This document shows positions 61,631-64,000 of a stretch of DNA of 64,000 bases, piece after piece; the stretch's first letter is position 1, and each line of letters opens with the position of its first letter. The DNA comes from Balanoglossus misakiensis (lineage: Eukaryota; Animalia; Hemichordata): assembly GCA_040954595.2 (NCBI GenBank), contig CM082588.2:9284844-9348843 (forward strand). Reading direction: 5' to 3'. The position numbers and the translations under genes are program-made. The notes under the pieces were generated by a model. It made no database searches, was not told the origin of the DNA, and saw only the letters and a program-made list of their open reading frames with translations.

Positions 61631-61817
61631 TTCATTCATTCATTCATTCATTCATTCATTCATTCATTCATACATACATACATACATACATACATACATA
61701 CATACATACATACATACATACATACATACATTCATTCATTCATTCATTCACTCGTTCATTCATTCATTCATTTAATTATTTCTTTATTTGTGTTGGTGTA
61801 TGTTTGCATGTACCCGG

Positions 61818-61851
<34 letters not shown>

Positions 61852-62085
61852 TTGTATGTATGTATGTATGTATGTATTGTATATATATGTATGTATGTCT
61901 GTCTGTAGGTCTGTCTGTATGTCTGTCTGTCTGTCTGTCTATGTATGTATGTATGTCTGTCTGTATGAATGTATGTATGTACGTATGTATGTATGTATGT
62001 ATGTATGTATGTATGTATGTCTCTGTCTGTCTGTATGTATGTATGTATGTATGTATGTATGTATGTATGTATGCATGCATGTATG
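61631..62085 (+). repeat. Compound microsatellite (TTCA)n/(TACA)n/(TG)n/(TATG)n/(TCTG)n
   Basis: Directly visible. Confidence 0.95.
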
Positions 62086-62119
62086 AATATTTTCAAATTT
62101 TTTGGATGTCTCGGAGTAC

Positions 62120-64000
62120 TCTCTGTGTTGTGTTTTCGAATTCATATTCAAATTGTCAACATTTTTGGTTGTCTGTGACTACTCTCTCGTCACATTCTGG
62201 CCTCTGTGTTTGCCATGGTTGTGTTTTCGAATTCTTATTCGAATTGTCAACATTTTTGGGTTTGCCGTGGTTGTGTTTTCGAATTCTTAACATTTTTGGG
62301 TGTCTGTGACTACTCTCTCGTCACATTCTGGCCTCTGTGTTTGCCGTTGTTGTGTTTTCGAATTCTTGTTCGAATTGTCAACATTTTTGGGTGTCTGTGA
62401 CTACTCTCGTGTCACATTCTGGCCTCTGTGTTTGCCGTGGTTGTGTTTTCGAATTCATGTTCGAATTGTCAACATTTTTGGGTGTCTGTGACTACTCTCT
62501 CGTCACATTCTGGCCTCTGTGTTTGCCGTTGTTGTGTTTTCGAATTCTTGTTCGAATTGTCAACATTTTTGGGTGTCTGTGACTACTCTCGTGTCACATT
62601 CTGGCCTCTGTGTTTGCCGTGGTTGTGTTTTCGAATTCATGTTCGAATTGTCAACATTTTTGGGTGTCTGTGACTACTCTCTCGTCACATTCTGGCCTCT
62701 GTGTTTGCCGTTGTTGTGTTTTCGAATTCTTGTTCGAATTGTCAACATTTTTGGGTGTCTGTGACTACTCTCTCGTCACATTCTAGCCTCTGTGTTTGCC
62801 GTGGTTGTGTTTTCGAATTCATGTTCGAATTGTCAACATTTTTGGGTGTCTGTGACTACTCTCTCGTCACATTCTGGCCTCTGTGTTTGCCGTGGTTTTG
62901 TTTTCGAATTCTTATTCGAATTGTCAACATTTTTGGGTGTCTGTGACTACTCTCTCGTCACATTCTGGCCTCTGTGTTTGCCGTGGTTGTGTTTTCGAAT
63001 TCGTATTCGAATTGTCAACATTTTTGGGTGTCTGTGACTACTCTCTCGTCACATTCTGGCCTCTGTGTTTGCAGTGGTTGTGTTTTCGAATTCTTATTCG
63101 AATTGTCAACATTTTTGGGTGTCTGTGACTACTCTCTCGTCACATTCTGGCCTCTGTGTTTGCTGTGGTTGTGTTTTCGAATTATTATTCGAATTGTCAA
63201 CATTTTTGGGTGTCTGTGACTACTCTCTCGTCACATTCTGGCCTCTGTGTTTGCCGTGGTTGTGTTTTCGAATTCTTATTCAAATTGTTGACATTTTTGG
63301 GTGTCTGTGACTACTCTCTCGTCACATTCTGGCCTCTGTGTTTGCCTTGGTTGTGTTTTCGAAGTCTTATTCGAATTGTCAACATTTTTGGGTGTCTGTG
63401 ACTACATCTCGTCACATTCTGGCCTCTGTGTTTGCCGTGGTTGTGTTTTCGAATTCTTATTCGAATTGTCAACATTTTTGGGTTTGCCGTGGTTGTGTTT
63501 TCGAATTCTTAACATTTTTGGGTGTCTGTGACTACTCTCTCGTCACATTCTGGCCTCTGTGTTTGCCGTTGTTGTGTTTTCGAATTCTTGTTCGAATTGT
63601 CAACATTTTTGGGTGTCTGTGACTACTCTCGTGTCACATTCTGGCCTCTGTGTTTGCCGTGGTTGTGTTTTCGAATTCTTATTCGAATTGTCAACATTTT
63701 TGGGTGTCTGTGACTACTCTCTCGTCACATTCTGGCCTCTGTGTTTGCCGTTGTTGTGTTTTCGAATTCTTGTTCGAATTGTCAACATTTTTGGGTGTCT
63801 GTGACTACTCTCGTGTCACATTCTGGCCTCTGTGTTTGCCGTGGTTGTGTTTTCGAATTCTTATTCGAATTGTCAACATTTTTGGGTGTCTGTGACTACT
63901 CTCTCGTCACATTCTGGCCTCTGTGTTTGCTGTGGTTGTGTTTTCGAATTATTATTCGAATTGTCAACATTTTTGGGTGTCTGTGACTACTCTCTCGTCA
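62120..64000 (+). repeat. 91-bp tandem satellite running off the window end
   Basis: Monomer GTGTTTTCGAATTCTTRTTCGAATTGTCAACATTTTTGGGTGTCTGTGACTACTCTCTCGTCACATTCTGGCCTCTGTGTTTGCCGTKGTT; 91-nt periodicity in the ORF track. Confidence 0.97.

Noticed and set aside
61595-63986. Long ORFs in the microsatellite and 91-bp satellite
   Set aside because: Low-complexity repeats lacking stops by composition.
1-64000. tRNA, rRNA, snRNA genes or hammerhead ribozymes in the tandem arrays
   Set aside because: No recognisable cloverleaf, conserved rRNA/snRNA sequence or complete hammerhead core was seen by eye; an Infernal/Rfam scan would be needed to exclude them.

Overview
Eukaryotic, AT-rich, repeat-dense window, probably from a marine invertebrate (inferred from the gene and transposon repertoire). 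It begins with the last two coding exons of an IRAK1BP1 (SIMPL-domain) gene. A 127-bp tandem satellite of about 29 monomers (6523-34201) is split by four independent insertions, all within about 25 bp of the monomer. (1) A 3.6-kb single-ORF L2/CR1-group LINE with two point lesions. (2) A 297-bp TIR element. (3) An intact 4.25-kb tyrosine-recombinase (DIRS/PAT-like) retroelement with no long terminal repeats, but with a 7+7-bp internal motif complementary to its own circle junction. (4) A 15.8-kb PIF/Harbinger transposon (58-bp TIR, TAC TSD) whose spliced transposase and MADF genes are convergent and interleaved, with introns inflated by a 4 x 1.6-kb tandem repeat and nested non-autonomous elements. 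The rest is MITEs (Harbinger-, hAT-, piggyBac-, Kolobok- and Crypton-like), Helentron-like elements, four more tandem arrays and microsatellites. All family assignments come from motif recognition by eye, not database searches.
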